Shown here: piece by piece, positions 19,667-21,176 of the stretch
Position numbering within the stretch: the first letter of the stretch is position 1
Layout: each line of letters begins with the position of its first letter
Source of the DNA: Sulfurihydrogenibium sp.
Lineage (GTDB): Bacteria > Aquificota > Aquificia > Aquificales > Hydrogenothermaceae
Assembly (NCBI GenBank): GCA_037442825.1
Contig: JBBIPN010000016.1
Location: forward strand, 1-21,176
Length of the DNA stretch: 21,176 nt
Direction: 5' to 3'
Notes under the pieces: generated by a model
Told to the model about the DNA's origin: nothing
What the model saw: only the letters and a program-made list of their open reading frames with translations
The model's database searches: none
Position numbers and translations under genes: made by a program

Positions 19667-21042
19667 AAGCTATAATTTTTGAAGATGAAAAAACTACAAG
19701 AAATGTATTAAAACGATTACTGCTAAAAGAAAATATTGAAGTTATAGATTTTGACCATGTACCATATAGTTTAGATATAATTCAAGAGTATATTCCAGAT
19801 TTTATACTACTTGATATAGGATTAAAAAATTCAAATGGTTTAGATTTTTTAAAAAAAGTGTCTACTCTTGATAACTATCCGTATGTAGTGATAATTTCTG
19901 GCCATTCTGAGTATAAATATCTAATAGAAGCTATGAAACACGGAGCTTATGAATATATTATAAAACCTTTTGATATTGAAAGAATAAAACAAGTCATAAA
20001 CGAAATTAAAGATAGTATTAAAGCTAAAAAAGTTTCTCAGATTCCACCAGAAGAGATAATAGGTAAAAGCTCAGCTATGAAAGAAGTTTTCAAGCTTGTA
20101 GGAAGAGCAAGCTCATGTAATGATCCTGTTTTAATTACAGGTGAAAGTGGAACAGGTAAAGAAGTTATAGCAAACTTAATACATAAATACTCAAATAGAG
20201 CAGATAAACCTTTTATTGCTATCAATATGGCATCTATTCCAATAGGTCTTTTTGAAAGTGAACTTTTTGGTTTTGAAAAAGGATCATTTACAGGAGCAGA
20301 AAAAAGTAAGGAAGGTAAATTTTTACTTGCCAATGGTGGAACTATATTCCTTGATGAAATTGGAGAAATGTCTTTAGAAGCTCAAACTAAATTACTTAGA
20401 GTTTTACAAGATATGCAAATTACACCAATTGGAAGTAAGAAATCTATCAACGTAGACGTAAGGGTAATAACTGCTACGAATCAAGATTTGATAAAATTGA
20501 TAGCTGAAGGTAAATTTAGAGAAGATCTATTTTATAGATTATCTGTTATTGAGATAAAAGTACCACCACTTAGAGAAAGGAAAGAAGATATACCAGATTT
20601 AATCAACTTATTTACAGCTGAAGCTTTAAAAAGATATCATTTAAAATCAGGAGGTTTTACCCAAGATTCTATAAAGTTTTTAGTAAATTATAGCTGGCCA
20701 GGAAATGTTAGAGAATTGAAAAATTTTGTTTTTAAACAGATTGCTGTATATAGAGATAGATCTATAACACCTGAATTACTTCCAGCAAATATAAAAGGAA
20801 AAGAAGAGCAAACTGGCGATTGGAAAAGCGGATTTTTAATGGAAGCAAGGAAACTTTTAACAAGGAGGAGAAAAAATATATATATAAAACTTATAGAAGA
20901 AGCTGAATATATACTTATAAAAGAAACGCTAAGATTTACAGAAGGAAATATTTCGTTAGCTGCTAAGTACTTAGGTTTACATAGAAACACAATATCCAAA
21001 AAAATCAAAGATTTAGAAATTAATACAAATGAAGAGTGGTAA
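19663..21042 (+). CDS. Sigma54-dependent response regulator, NtrC family (receiver-AAA+-Fis HTH)
   Basis: Receiver (EDE, LLD, KPF), GESGTGKE, ESELFG..KGSFTGA, FLDEIGE, FREDLFYRL, WPGNVREL and C-terminal HTH (AAKYLGLHRNT). Confidence 0.93.
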   Translation: MKAIIFEDEKTTRNVLKRLLLKENIEVIDFDHVPYSLDIIQEYIPDFILLDIGLKNSNGLDFLKKVSTLDNYPYVVIISGHSEYKYLIEAMKHGAYEYIIKPFDIERIKQVINEIKDSIKAKKVSQIPPEEIIGKSSAMKEVFKLVGRASSCNDPVLITGESGTGKEVIANLIHKYSNRADKPFIAINMASIPIGLFESELFGFEKGSFTGAEKSKEGKFLLANGGTIFLDEIGEMSLEAQTKLLRVLQDMQITPIGSKKSINVDVRVITATNQDLIKLIAEGKFREDLFYRLSVIEIKVPPLRERKEDIPDLINLFTAEALKRYHLKSGGFTQDSIKFLVNYSWPGNVRELKNFVFKQIAVYRDRSITPELLPANIKGKEEQTGDWKSGFLMEARKLLTRRRKNIYIKLIEEAEYILIKETLRFTEGNISLAAKYLGLHRNTISKKIKDLEINTNEEW

Positions 21043-21051
21043 AATATTGTT

Positions 21052-21176
21052 ATGAAAAAATTTTTAGTGATATGTTTAGCTTTTTTAATAAGTGCTTGTG
21101 CAACTTCACAGGTAAATGAAGAAATCAATGAGTCAAAAGATGGAAAATATCTTTACGAAATGGGTATTTCATACTT
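21052..21176 (+). CDS. Lipoprotein, probably TPR-containing (5' part only; runs off the window)
   Basis: MKKFLVICLAFLISACATSQVNEEINESKDGKYLYEMGISY..: signal peptide with lipobox ISA-C followed by a TPR-like helix start. Confidence 0.7.
   Translation, partial: MKKFLVICLAFLISACATSQVNEEINESKDGKYLYEMGISY

Noticed and set aside
20688..21128. 146-aa minus-strand ORF
   Set aside because: Antisense to the NtrC-family gene and the lipoprotein gene; no motif support.

Overview
AT-rich bacterial chromosomal window whose proteins look like Aquificota (Hydrogenothermaceae/Sulfurihydrogenibium-like; taxonomy inferred from remembered family resemblance, not a search). It is mostly housekeeping: metG-nadE-CPA2 antiporter (+); a minus-strand run ttuB-ttuA-rpe-def-lgt-folC-truB then cysM-mobA; ubiA/mqnP-fabZ (-); degP-nadD (+); a type IV-like sulfide:quinone oxidoreductase (sqr, -) split by a single frameshift; ygfZ-ntrB-ntrC-like genes and the start of a lipoprotein (+). 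Elements missed by the ORF track: (i) a 47-aa small gene with a perfect RBS between sqr and a terminator; (ii) a structured sqr control region with a 10-2-10 palindrome over a TTGATA-17-TAAGAT promoter plus two FNR-type boxes; (iii) a decayed metal-uptake locus between fabZ and ttuB, with an RGPP-type leader-peptide remnant carrying an anti-SD and a ZnuB/MntB permease pseudogene; (iv) an in-frame internal RBS+ATG in metG that would give a 110-aa Trbp111-like protein; (v) an EAL-domain remnant at the left edge. No rRNA, tRNA, CRISPR array or mobile element was recognised.
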